64,000 nt of DNA from Lepidodermella squamata (lineage: Eukaryota > Animalia > Gastrotricha), in NCBI GenBank assembly GCA_047495785.1, contig JBLDXI010000007.1, forward strand, positions 434,001-498,000, read 5' to 3'. The translations under genes and the position numbers were made by a program. Under the pieces are notes generated by a model. It was not told where the DNA came from. It did not search any database and saw nothing but the letters and a program-made list of their open reading frames with translations. Below, piece after piece: positions 38,465 through 51,278 of this stretch. Every line of letters starts with the position of its first letter. Position 1 is the first letter of the stretch.

Positions 38465-41224
38465 CTATTTAGTTGGTGTCGTCGGGATCGAATTGGAACC
38501 AGCCTGGTGCCAAATGGGATCGGCCGTGTAGAAAAACATGTAACCGTTCCACTTATTCTCTTCAAGAACGTTGGCCTCGGTGATACTCTGAGACAAAAAA
38601 ATCGATAATTCCATGAAAAAAATTATTAAGGAGGAATTTTCAAACCTTGACTGCCATGTCATCGAAGCGGAACCACCGCTTTAAAGTTGAGTGGTAAGCG
38701 TCAGTAGTATAATGGCCGTATTCTGAAGACGAGCCGTTGTGGCTAACAATGGCAGATAGTCGATATTTTGTATACTGCTTGCCATCACCTGTAGCAGCAG
38801 GCAGTTTCGCTGATTCATCCGCACTTTCTGATGCCGAATCCGGCACAACTCCCGATTCGGCCGATCGCGGCCGTTTCGTCGAAATAGGCACATTTTCGTC
38901 ATTCTCATCAGCCTTACTCTCGTCATTGCCGTAGAGGCGTTTGCGGCAGTTGTTAGCTGCAACACCACTGCGTGACGCGGTAGGCGATAACTTGGTCGGT
39001 GAAAGAAATTCTGATTTGAGCGCGCTTTTCGGCGACATCGGGCTGTTGATGAGCTTCGGAAACACGACGTCTTTCGGCGCACAGTACTTCGCCAAGTCGA
39101 GCTCGGACGGTATGGTGACCGGAAGCGTGCATTTCGTCCCAACGTTTGAGGTCATTGTGTAGAGAAAGCGTTTTAAATGAACGATGAAAACGCGAGGTAA
39201 CGACGCTAAGCAGTAAGACACAACCCCGCCCGCCTCGTGGCCGCACTGCTCGGGCCTGTACTCGATTTCCTCCTTCTGAAAGAAGTGATCAATGCAATCC
39301 TGAAGATTCAGCTCTTGGGGTGACGAAACACTTGGTACGTCGCCAAGATCTGCCAACCCGCCAGGGGTTCGATTTTCCGAGTCGAAATTCTCCTGTAACG
39401 GACCGTCAAGGTCGGGCAACTCGAGGTCATCGTTGTTACTCGACACCACTTGAATCTTTGGTTTCGAATCTCGATTGTGAAGGGCGGCGATCGACGCTTC
39501 AGCGTTAGGTATTGGCACCGATAGATTGTTGAATGACTCGACGCTTTCCGAGGCGATGCGATCACACTGGCGGCAAGACAGCGATTTTCGAAGTGTGAAA
39601 TCGAAATTCGCTGCAACCGGGTTCGCCGCCAGTTCGGCACTATTCGCTTCCGCCTCGCTTCTGAAATCCCCCATCGCGTTATTCATCGCCATAAAGCCCT
39701 GCCGGTGTTCCTCCTTGAGATCGTCGAGAACGCAGCACAGAAACTCCTGCGCATCGTGCTGCTGCGAATCGGTGAACTTTTTAGACGCATTCTTCACCGC
39801 GAGAAGCCTCGGCTTTTGCCGATCCATCGTGTCCGCCTGCGATGCTCCGCAACTTTTCAACAAATTCAACACGCAAAGAATCAACGAAGATTCAGTTGCC
39901 GCCTTATCGCGGTTCGCCACCGAGGTAGGCATAGGCGAGCCGAAAGCACGCTCTTTCATCTCCTTCTCCGCCAACTGCATCGCTTGCATTTGAATGAAAT
40001 AATCCTTGTTAATCCGTGATAAGTCGTAATTAAACGACGGCTGGGCGAAAAGCGCCTGTAGTACCGCGTTCATATAACACGAATTTCCGAGGTTCATCAA
40101 ACCGATGGGTGAATTCGAGCGAGTTCTCGCTACAACCGAGCTACTGGGCTGGGGCGAAGATGCCCTGATATCTGAGTATTCGTCTTTAAAATCGTCATGA
40201 ACCGCGTTTTCGTTCTCAAACTCGTATTCGCTTAAACGAGAAGGGGTTGGTTTTGGAAACGTAGGAGTAGCGCGGCTTGAAGTTCTACAGCAAAAATAAC
40301 GGTAAATCGAATGATTTTCCAAGAAATTAATACGTACCCGAATGGATTCGACCGACCGGTGCTGTAAGGAGGGCTGGTGTTTTCGTCCTTACTCTTCCGG
40401 CCGTAGATCGCAGAGGGAGTTTTGCATGAGGTAAGTTTTGTAGAACCATCAGCCCCTTTGACAACCGACGGAATCGGATTACTTTGCGAACCGACAGCAT
40501 TCGAAGGTGACGCGAACTGCTGCGATTTGAAAGAACCAAGTGTCGCAGAAGGTTTCGCTGCAGGCCTCGGTGATCCGTTGTATTGCCATTGACCGTAGCT
40601 GGAAGAAGTACTAGCCGGCCTGGTTGAGGCTCCGTAGAAATTGCCAGTGCTGATCGGTTTGTGAAGAGCAGGGGTGGATCCGCTCTTGATAGACGCCCGT
40701 TGCTGTTCACTGGAGCGCGAGTTATACGAGGAACCCGACGACATGTTCTCCTTATCATCGACACCAACTGGAACACTAACCCGGCCAGATACAGAACCGA
40801 AAACTGGCCCAGTCGATAGCGGACTGTTATCATCAATGATGTTTGTCTGAATAAAGTCTTTCACGGAGGCGAGTTCATCGAGATCGTTCGAGAAAATTTT
40901 GACGTCCGATATCCTTGTGCTGCTCTTAGGATCACCTTTGCCGGTTAAATGAATCTGCAATTGTTCTTTATCGCAGATGATCGATTTATCCCTATCCGGC
41001 TCGAAAGGCACGATGGAGATTCGGTTTTCGCCGTTTGCCGAAACACCGAGCCACCATTTACTGACGCGGTATTCGTGCATCTTAGAGTCCGGGCGCAAAA
41101 ACCGTAGCGTGGCATTTCGTATCCAGGATTGATCATACCCAGGCAGATTTCCCATGCATCGGACCTTAGGGACATTGAAACGAGCGCATTCCTGCATGCC
41201 TTGAATGGTTACATTTTCGGACAT
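38465..41224 (-). CDS. Ubiquitin carboxyl-terminal hydrolase, USP37/26/29-like; exons 41224-40338, 40284-38646, 38587-38465
   Basis: Cys box GLMNLGNSCYMNAVLQAL, QHDAQEF, VHLKRF, His box SHNGSSSEYGHY, WFRFDD, GYMFFY; N-terminal globular domain plus S-rich linker. Confidence 0.85.
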
Positions 41225-42127
41225 GATCGTCGTTGGCCGGTCGTTGGCCAAAAAGCGCCAAAACGAGAGAAAGACGGATCGCAATAATTGTTCAATACTA
41301 ACTGATCCTAAGAAGAACACATAAAATAAGGCTCAATCAAGTTTTTAATCAGTCTCAGGTTTGTTTTTTTCGGTGCAAAAATTAGGCATCTCATTAAGAA
41401 AAAGAATACAACTCATTATTTCTGCTGCAAACGATAGAACAACAGAAACACATTTTAGAATCATCGAACGCATTTTCCCAGAAGACTCACTCAAATAAAT
41501 TCAAATATTAAGCAATAATATTTGTATCTTATCATCAGTTCTTTTGTACAAAAAATAGCAAAAGATGACGCTAAACCAACCGAAATATACGACTACAAGA
41601 AATGAAGCGTCAGTTTTTTAGAGATTGCGTAGCATTTTGTAAGAAACAGTGATCGAACACGTATAAATACCAAATTTAACCGAAATAAACACAAATTGTA
41701 AAACTCCTAAACCGTCGCATAATTTTTTGATACTGTTGTTAGCAAAAGATCCCAAACAGAAACATTACACCTATATATACAGAATAAGTATAGATGAATT
41801 TTATTTGCCTTGTAGATATAATTTCACTTCTTTGGTGGAAGGTCGTCGATTCGTAACAGACAACAAAAGCTTTGGCGAGAAAATAGCACTGTCATTTGTG
41901 AGAAAGGAATTTAGCTGACGATCAAGTCTACGTGTCACCATTTTCATCCGACGGCACTCAACAAAAATCAAACAGAAATGTAGAATGTTTCACATTGCTT
42001 TACACAATGCACAAGAGTAACATCAAATCAAGGGCAAGACAGTTAATTCAGGAGTTTTTTTTAAGGTCGATTGTGAAGAACGAGGCGAACGAAAGAATTT
42101 ACATAGCTGGATTTTTTGAAATCAGTC

Positions 42128-43417
42128 TTACACATAACGAGTAGCTTGAGCTTTTATATCTGAGCGGAGAGTTTGGGCCAAGCAGATTCCGAAAATTTGG
42201 ACCACAGCCAGCGAGACTGCAACCGCTGCCACAGGCACCATATTGGATTGAATCCACTGCTCGCCAGCTGCTATGCAGCCTAATGAATGAATGTATGAGA
42301 CCGCGTCGGGTTTTTTCAACATGCCATTGCCACATTGGTAATTGATCAAAGAAGTCGGGCTTGACTTCGAGGCTCTTGAATTCGGGCTCCGAAGTTTGTT
42401 ATTATTATTAGTATTTGTGGAAGAAAAATTCGATGACTGAGATGAAAGGCTGTATTGTAATAGGATACTGTCCTGAAAAACGATACAATATTAAGAATTT
42501 ACAAGTTAGACTAAAAAAAGTAATACTAACTTTACAACAAGAGTATGGAACACCACAAGCTTCCTCGCCTGGGGAACTGCAATTGAAGTAGAGATTCTTC
42601 TCCCAATCGTGGTTTCCGTCGATTCCGCAGCAGTGAAGCCAGTCCTTCTGGACCCAATCAACTAAACTTTGCAGGTCGTCGTCTTCGCGGTACAACTGAA
42701 TAGCTTTCATCAATTCGTTTCTGACTTGATCTTTGAACTATAAATGGAGATTAAAAGCAAGTTGAAAGTCTAAAATCCACGTTGAAATTCCACGTCACTA
42801 TACCCAGTCTTTCAGTGCAAACAGCAGAACAGCCGCAGCTATGTACAGGAACAATACGGTTGAAATAGTGACGGCGTACTATATGACGAACGAATACAGA
42901 ATAAATTAATTTGGCATCCAGACAAAGTCATTCCAGCAATCATTACCATTAAAAGTAGACGCCTGTTTTCGCGAAGAGCCCCTACGCAGCCGCAGAAGCC
43001 TATAGAAAACATCAGACCGCCTGTGACTATTAATATCAGCGCCGGGTCCAAGAACGTCAGATCAGCTATCCGAGCCAAGTTGTCGAAAACTTGTTTTTCA
43101 GACCATGCCCATAAACCGACCGCAACGAAACCACCCCCGATTAACTGAAAAAATATGTTTCAAATAAAAAATTCCGCCTTAAAAATAGGTAGAATACGTA
43201 CCCAAAATAGCACATTGAAGCCGAATAAGAAATATTTGACGACACAACTGACTTCCGTGTGACCAGGATGATCTGGATGTGCGGCTGTATGTAGGAAGAC
43301 ATGCGAACTTCGGCCGTTGCCACTTGCAGGGACTACGACAACGGCAGGAAGGGCCGTGGCGGCGGCCAATCGATGCTGATGATGGTGTCCATTATGCGTC
43401 GGAGCGCGACGCACCAT
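42128..43417 (-). CDS. Tetraspanin, TspanC8 subfamily (TSPAN5/14/17/33-like); 5 exons
   Basis: EVSCVVKYFLFGFNVLFW, GFCGCVGALREN, YREDDDLQ, CCG, NLYFNCS, EACGVPYSCC, NYQCG, LAQTLRSDIKAQ. Confidence 0.92.
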
Positions 43418-43867
43418 TTAATTAACAAATATGGCGCTAACTAATGCCTAAAAATAGAATAAAGTGACAATTCAACAACACAATATTCATCTAATTTACT
43501 ATCATTTTTAATTTCATGACACTTCTTCTGTTGCGAAAGCTGGTCTTCACAATCAATTTTTCAAGCATCGGACAGTCGATAGTAGATATACTGAATTCTT
43601 CTTAAAACTAGGTGTTCACATTATAAAGGTCGCCAATCATCTACACATGAGAGAAGCTTCATATTCAACTTAGCTATAACCGAGTTGCGCTTATAACGGA
43701 TATACGTAGTTTTGAATCAAGAAGGACAGGCAGTATTTTAATGGTCACCTTCATTCGGTGGTAGCTAATTCCGCATTCAGTATTTCAAGAGTGCAGGGAC
43801 GTATTAAAATTACAACTTTTCAACTAAACAGGGAAACGTCTTCTGTGTTGCGATAAGTTTTCTTAGC

Positions 43868-44170
43868 TTAGATGCGAGCAGCGAATGCGCCTCGTTCCCG
43901 TTGGTCGTCCCATTTCGCGTGCTGTTGAAAAAAATTGAAAAATTCAACTACAGCAGTGAAATAATTGAAACTTACAATATGATTTGGGCACAAGCTCTTG
44001 TAGACGCGCTTGAAGTATTCGCAGGGTTGGTGATCATCTCCGAACTTCTTGTGGCAACGGTGGTAATCGACGTAATTTTGCCAGCAGTTCCTCATTTGGT
44101 TCTGGTTCGGGAAACGCGGGTCGAACGGAGGCGACCACATGTAGGGGTTGCCGCTCTCGTCGTAGGGCAT
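43868..44170 (-). CDS. COX6B: Cytochrome c oxidase subunit 6B; in-frame 54-nt intron at 43922-43975
   Basis: [25 protein letters not shown]...[24 protein letters not shown]. Confidence 0.96.
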   Translation of the reverse strand: MPYDESGNPYMWSPPFDPRFPNQNQMRNCWQNYVDYHRCHKKFGDDHQPCEYFKRVYKSLCPNHIVSFNYFTAVVEFFNFFQQHAKWDDQRERGAFAARI

Positions 44171-44806
44171 TTCGATTTCTTTGTCAAAAAATACTAGAAA
44201 AATAGAAAAATTTCAAATTTTCCAGATCTCAATCATCCTTTAATTTTTATATTTTCAAAAACCTTCAAATCGGTTTGGAAGAGCGATGCAACTCTCCAGA
44301 ATAAGTAACCGGTGTTGGGCGTCAAAGATGGTAGCAACAAATAAGAATAAACAATCTTTCTGTGCAAAGATTTGCCTATCGTCAACCGAATAATGCCCAT
44401 TTTTTCGTTACAAAAATTGAGCGGCGCCATGCATGCAAGGTGTTCAAGATCAATATGTTATAGTGCATGCGATATTTGCGTATGCTGCAAACATACATGC
44501 GCACGCTCTCACACGTGTTTAATATATACCGAACGCAAAACAGTATGTACAGAGTGGCATACAAAAATTAATTTAGTTGAATAACGGTTATTATAGAAAA
44601 AGACGCGCAGAACCAGAATGATTATGATCGTTATTGAAAACAAATCTCTTATTCACATTTCGTAACGATAATATTATATTTATATTGGAAAGACTTTAAG
44701 GACAGTAGTCAGTTGTCACTTTCCTAGCAACGAATAGAATGTTCTAGAGAAAACCACCAATTGTGTTAATATGTTATAGCCCCATGCGTTCCAACAGAAA
44801 GATGAT

Positions 44807-46792
44807 TCAATCGCCCAGATCGCGATCGCCGTCGCCGGTCAATGCCAGTAGAGCAAAAGCTGCGGCTAGCAGGCCGGTTCCCAAGAGATCACCAAGAGCA
44901 GTTAAATACGGAATTGCTGAAAATCGCAAAAATCATAACTTATTCGAAGGAAATTTTGGTAAAAAAAAACTATACCACAATTGTCAGGATCAGATCCCCT
45001 CGCCCACAAAAAGTGAACGAGCCAATGGCAGACGAAAAGCAGCACAAATACTTGCAGAAGAGCAGCAGCTAGATAGAAGGCTGCGAATTTGACAGTCAGA
45101 CTAGTATGACCACCAGAAGAGAAGTGAATCGTGCAGATGAAGATCACGTGCCCCGGTAGAGCCAGCAACATCAGAACACGAGCTGTACGACTTTCTGCGT
45201 CGTTTCTCCAGAACACATCACGCAATGATGGACAACTGGCGAAGAACGACTTGGTAGGAGCAGGCGATCTGACCATTGGAACAGTGTCACTATCAACGTT
45301 TTCGTCGACAATTTCTTCGCTGTTTGCCTCGACTTTGCTGTCATCAGCATGCGCTGCTGCACCGCAATGCAAGCGAGTTGAAAGCCTGCTCGCTTGAACT
45401 GCAACCAAGTTACCGCCAACACCGTTGATAACAGGCTGGAAGACAGCGATTCCACGGAAGAGGTTGACCGTTACTCGAAGGATGAAGCCACCAACACTTG
45501 AAATAGCCATGGCAGAGATAACCGGAAGCCAGCCCTCGCATAGCGCTGCTTGAGTGTCTGGGCAGCGACAGGCGATTGAAAGGCAGATCGGAATCAAACC
45601 CAAGAGACCAAGTGTGACGATTCCATCGACCCAAGCGAAATCAGCTAGGACCGGAATGTAAAGAAGAGATGACACAAAAGCAAGAATTAACAGAGTTGTC
45701 AGGTCTCCCAGTGATGCAGCAATCGGAGTCGCAACATTATCCGGGTTGATTTTGAATCGCCTCGACAACAATATTACCGAAACCATGATCGCAGCTAACA
45801 AAAGGCTAGCAAGTGAAGCAGTGGTACAGGAAGCGGCCGTCAGAAATAATGCATGCCAAAAATTGAGCGATCCTTCTTTGACAAAGTTGCCAATAATGGC
45901 GACAATAGAAGCTAAAAACCCAACAGTCACAGCTTGAACTTGAATCAAAGCCATATTGCCCACAACAAGATTTCCACGCTGCTCTGCAGTATCCATATTG
46001 CCTTTGTTGGCTTGAGTCGACAAGCGACTCGCCAAAGTCATTTCGAGATTTCCTTTCAATCCCAACAGAGCAGGAACAAGAATAAAAACCTCGGGTACTT
46101 GTACGAAAACATCCCAATGTTGGACGTGATCAAGCACCATGCCAGCACTAACCATTCCGAAACCAGCGATGAGAAATGGAATGAAAATTTGAACGGCCAC
46201 TTGTAGTGGATGCTCTACAACGCTGTCATTGCGTTGAAGGCTATTTACTACATCAGTATTGTCTTCAGAGTCAGATTCGTAGAAACTGGTTCCGGCAAAG
46301 CTGCCACATCTGCAGCATAGAAACCTAGTGCCTGGAGATGACGATGAAGAATTGTTGCGCAGAAACCGGCGATTGGAAAGAGGTGTCAGCAAGCCCGATG
46401 TGTTATTCCGCCGTGCTTTACTTGGGGTACCGGAATCTGGTGTGTCATCGTGGACCAGAGGTGAAAGCGTCGAGACACCCCCTCGTTCCTCGTCAATATC
46501 AGATATATTTCGATCACAGTCATCATTCGAAACCATAATCATGATTTTGTTATCTGTTTCAGAAGAAGATGCCGCCTGAGGTTGGTCAGCGAAAAATGAA
46601 GAGGTATGTTCAACATTTGATTTCGGTGAAGCTAAAAATGTCACATGAAATTCGAGGTGAACAAAACAATGATAGGCAAATCATACCAGTATTAGCGCTG
46701 AAGAATGCCTCTGTGTCATCTTCGCTACCGTTGACGTCGCTATTAATTAGGGGCGTATAAGCATGCCCATTCTTCAGGCGATGCATCTGCAT
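44807..46792 (-). CDS. SLC41A1: SLC41 family (MgtE-like) magnesium transporter; exons ~46792-46687, 46631-44976, 44916-44807
   Basis: [74 protein letters not shown]. The gene symbol denotes the family. Confidence 0.94.
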
Positions 46793-48336
46793 ATTATTTA
46801 TCACAAGTGTGGATAACTCAATGTGTTTAATATATCTAGAGAACAAATCAGCGAAATGAATAATGTTTGATCCATAAATACGCAGAACTCATTATACGAA
46901 AAATAACGAACAGTTAAAAGAATACTATTGGTTAAAAGAATCATAATCAAGAAGTAGTAATTCAAAAAGCACAGCGTCTACATTGTAATAGTTCCAACAT
47001 TCAGCCAACATTCAGCCCATATTGCTATACAACTGCTGCATTAGGGTCTCACAAGTGGTTTAAAACAGGCAGGACAAAAATTACAGGAGACAGCTGAGAA
47101 GCTTGCTCAACATGCGATATACAGATACTATCAGCTATGAAAGCCGAAGAGGGTATACTCCTGAAACCTGAAACTGTACTAAAGACTAACGCCACGACAA
47201 AACATGATTCGGCAGTATTTCGGTCATGCACTCCGCACTGCCTGGCTCCCAAGAATCGAGCTATGAGATTCAACTTTCAGGTGGGGTCGTTTGCAAATGA
47301 CCGGGGTTGTAACCGAACAAAGTTTTTTACTGCCAAAACGCATTTCAGTGGGCTTACAGGAAACTAAAACTTCTCCAGACGCCAGATGCATCAACCATCG
47401 ACTCCATCACTGTATAGCTGCTCGAGTGACATATTTACAATAGATACTCGATAGTCAATAGTCTGACTTAGATCAGCGATCTGAGTTCTGACATGTCTTC
47501 TCAACATTGCTCCCAAAATCCCCGATCCCCACTTCTGACCTTTCTTTCGTTCTGACCTCCCCTGGTGCAGCGAAAATTCTCAGACATCAGACAATAAGCA
47601 CGCGATAATTCGAAAACCTTAAAAATGAAAGGTGAAATGCCAAGCTGAAGAGTGTTGGGACCGAATTCGCGCTGCGCCTCCCTACTTCCTACGGTTGCCC
47701 AGCCTACTTGAAGACAAGCTGACCACATCGGGATCGGCGTTTTCCTTCGCGGCTGATGCGAGTATTTAGCAATTTTTTGCAGTTTTGAGTTTGTAACATT
47801 TATATTCATAAATTACAGGAAAAATATTAAAATTACGTTTTAAGGGTTTAAATATAATTTTAATTTTCCTAGATACCCCTTGGCAACGCTTCTTTATCAG
47901 AAGGCCGGCCACATGAAAAAACCTTCTGACTTCTGACGACTGTCATTCGCTGTGCTGGACACGCTTTGACATGGCTTTAATGGTTATGAACTAACCGCAA
48001 AATAGAATGACGCTTATCCCTGGTTTGTAGCAACGGTGATTTTTAGCTATCTGCTTACCTTGCCCAACTGACTTCAGCTCATCGAGAGTCATCGGGAAGA
48101 AGTCTGTCTTTTTGTGCGACCCTTATAATTCTCTTATCAAATCGGGGCTTCGGATTTCTAATTAATTTTGCGCTGCTTTCTGTCTAACTTGACCATACCC
48201 ACAAATAACGCATAATACATTAAACTGTTAGTATGCTATTCTCATTCTCCATTATTATCTACGTAGGTATGCATATTTTGGTATGGAACAACGATCTTCC
48301 ATTATGCTGAGAGCCCTTTGAAATTTTAATTGTCAA

Positions 48337-50972
48337 ATGCTGCCGAAAATTCAAAGACTTCATGTGCCGGGAGAGTCATACGGGAACATTGCCCTAACTG
48401 AGACTGTTCTGCAGTCAAGATGCTTCATCGCAAACGGACGCAATTCAAAGAAAGGAAGAAGTTACCCTTATTTGGGTGCCGAGCTGTCTCGCATGCACAT
48501 TTCATTTCTATGCGACTTCGGGCGATTTTCTCATTTAAATATTTGCGACCTTTCAAACAACTTCATAAGCGACATTCAGCCCCTGGGATCGTGTATGAAT
48601 CTTGTTTGGCTAGATATTCACAGCAATCACGTATGACTTCGAGATATTAATAGCTCAATCATCAATCCATTTTCCATTTATCTACAGATTGAGGAAATGC
48701 CCGATGAATATTTCTGGGCGGGCCTGGTTTCCCTGCGTATTCTAAACGCCCATGACAATCCTATATCGGCTCTTGTTAACATAAAATATATCTCAGCTTG
48801 TCGTAACTTGGAAATCCTTACGCTTTTTGATTCACCTGTCTCAGTTCATCCGTTTTATCGGCACTGCTGTGTGAACAAGATTTCTACATTGAAAGCTTTG
48901 GATCATTATTTGATTTCCGATGACGAAGTAATTGAGGGATTTCTATGTCCTCCGAAATTCACCAAATTCGCAGATGGATTACGCATGAAGCTTGTTCCTC
49001 GCAGTAACGATGGGGTAGGTCATTAATGGGAAGCAAAAATTGACTTCATCTCTTTCTTTTATTCGCAGATGCTCGGGGTCTTTGCACTGTTAAGCCGTGT
49101 AAATTCAACTCAGGCGAAAATGTCACCATGCTTGTTCATTCAACGCGTGTTTCGTGGTTACAGAACGCGCAAACAGGTCAAGTCTGCCCTGAAGGTTGCT
49201 AAGAATCGAAACTTCAGGAATTTGAAGCTATCCGCTTCAGATTTTTTCAACCTGACATCAGTACTTTCCGAGATCAAATCAGAAGATTCGGTAACATTCT
49301 TTAAATTGTTATGCTCATTTTTTATTCTGGCACATTTTCAGGACGCGGCCGCTGCTAAATTGCCAGATTATGATCATCTACCGCCAATAATGCCGCCATC
49401 AACTCCATCTGCAGTTCCTGCGGATAGAGCTCGAATTGTCACCAATATACCAACCGCTTCATCCTTGCGAATGATATTTCACAAACTTGTCCATTCTAAT
49501 CTTCTGCAAGAGTTTGAAGATGTTATGGATGCGATCCGTTCTAAGAAAATGGATGGAAAGACAGGTAAATGATGTGCAGAAAAGTAACGAGGCGGCAATT
49601 GTTTATTTTGCTTATTAGATGAATACATTCGTGAGGTTGCAGAAGTCGCATTTGAGGGCGTAGCAGAGGAGATGCAAAAGTTGACACCAAGAGAAAGACT
49701 TTTGCCGAAGGACAGAGAGCTGACGGATGAAGCTTTCTTCATGGCAAAATCCATGAGTCGCGATGACACTTTCGAACTTCCGGATTATCGCGTAACCACA
49801 AGCCAAGGCTTCATGACGACTGGTCCGGAATCGTTTAATCACTTGGAGTTGAAACAAATTGAGGCTCAAATGGTTCGCCAGGCTGATTTAGATTACCATG
49901 CGAAGAAGCGAGCTGATGTGAAACGAGAATTTGCAGAAAAGCAGGAGTCTAACGATTTCAAACAAGTCAATATGAACGCTGTTCGAGACAAAGTTGCAGC
50001 TGAAGAGCACCTTACTCAACAGCTGGCTTGCCTCGCTGCCGTTGAGAAAGCCTACCATGAAAGAGCAGTTCGTGAAATCCGGTTCGACAGAGCCACCACT
50101 ATTTTGGCTAGTCGGGAAGCCACAACCCAAGCTATTAGGAAGCAAAGTGCTTTCGTTACAAGTGCTCATGAGATGGTTGGAAATGATATCAGAACCCAAA
50201 AGCATCTCACGCATCTACTTCTCCAAAAGCTCAAAGAAAAAGACGACTTGTAAGTCGAGATATAAAAATAATAATAGTCCTTGATTAATTATTTAATTCC
50301 AGAGAGAAGCGGGCAAATCATCAAAAGGAGATAGAAAAACGACTAAAAAGGCAAAAGAAAATGGAATCATATCGTGCAGTTTCAGACTTGAGGCAGCGAT
50401 TTTGCGCGATTTCCGCTTCAATTAACCGATACGATTTAGTCAATAGGCAACAAGGACAGCTTGAAAGAACTCGAGCTATCGTTGAGCATATCCAGCACGG
50501 CAAACAAGCTGCCAGTATCATGGCTTCGGAACGAACTAGGAAACGAATAAGTGACACTGCAGCGGTTAACCAGCTGGAAATCCGTAGAGCTCACGAAGCT
50601 ATTGAAAATACTGCCGAATTAGATCTAGAACAAGCGCGAAAACGGGTTCACAGGTGAGCTATTACATTTTCATTGAAATTTTTCAAATCAAAACCATTTT
50701 ATAGGGTAAAAACGGAAAAGCCAGATCGTTATCCACCAGCTTTACCTGGTCCTGGGTCGCTGACTGTCGACGGTGTTCAACACGCAGCGTATAACCCTAT
50801 TATCGCAACGTTGCCAAAGATTGAAGACACGAAATCAAGCCGCCCCGGTTCTCGAACAGGAAATAAACTGCCCTACCAAGAAGTTGTTGATATCAGGGAG
50901 CGTTGGAGAGTCCTAGCCGGCGTTCCTGATGGCAGGATCGGTCTACATCAAATAGCAGCTGATATTTCATGA
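48337..50972 (+). CDS. LRRIQ3: Leucine-rich repeat and IQ domain-containing protein 3-like; 7 exons
   Basis: LRRs (CDLSNNFISDI, LDIHSNHI), FWAGLVSLRILNAHDN, LTLFDSPVS..YRH..VN.I.TLKALDHYLISDDEVIE, IQ motif IQRVFRGYRTRK, coiled C-terminus. Confidence 0.85.
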
Positions 50973-51278
50973 TTATAATTTGAACACCCTGTGCATTACT
51001 AATTAATAATATGAGATTGTGATTACAATTTTTGTTATATATATAAATAAATCATGACCTTCCATTGATGAATTTTCGGAATAAAAGAACGGCTAAAGGT
51101 ATCGCGTACTTGTATTTTAAGCTTCGCTGCTCAAAATACGCCCTCATTGTTTGCCGGTCGAGTTGAACAGGAAATTATTTCACCTACACCGAAGAATAAA
51201 AATCGGTGCTATTCGATCGATATAAGTCAAACTTTTTGGCTCAGATTTTCGTTAGCAAGCTATATTTTCACGCGCAAT

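Noticed and set aside
47817-47870. AT-rich inverted repeat (AGGAAAAT..TAAAATTA / TAATTTTAATTTTCCT)
   Set aside because: Low complexity, single copy, no target-site duplication; not enough for a MITE or miRNA call.
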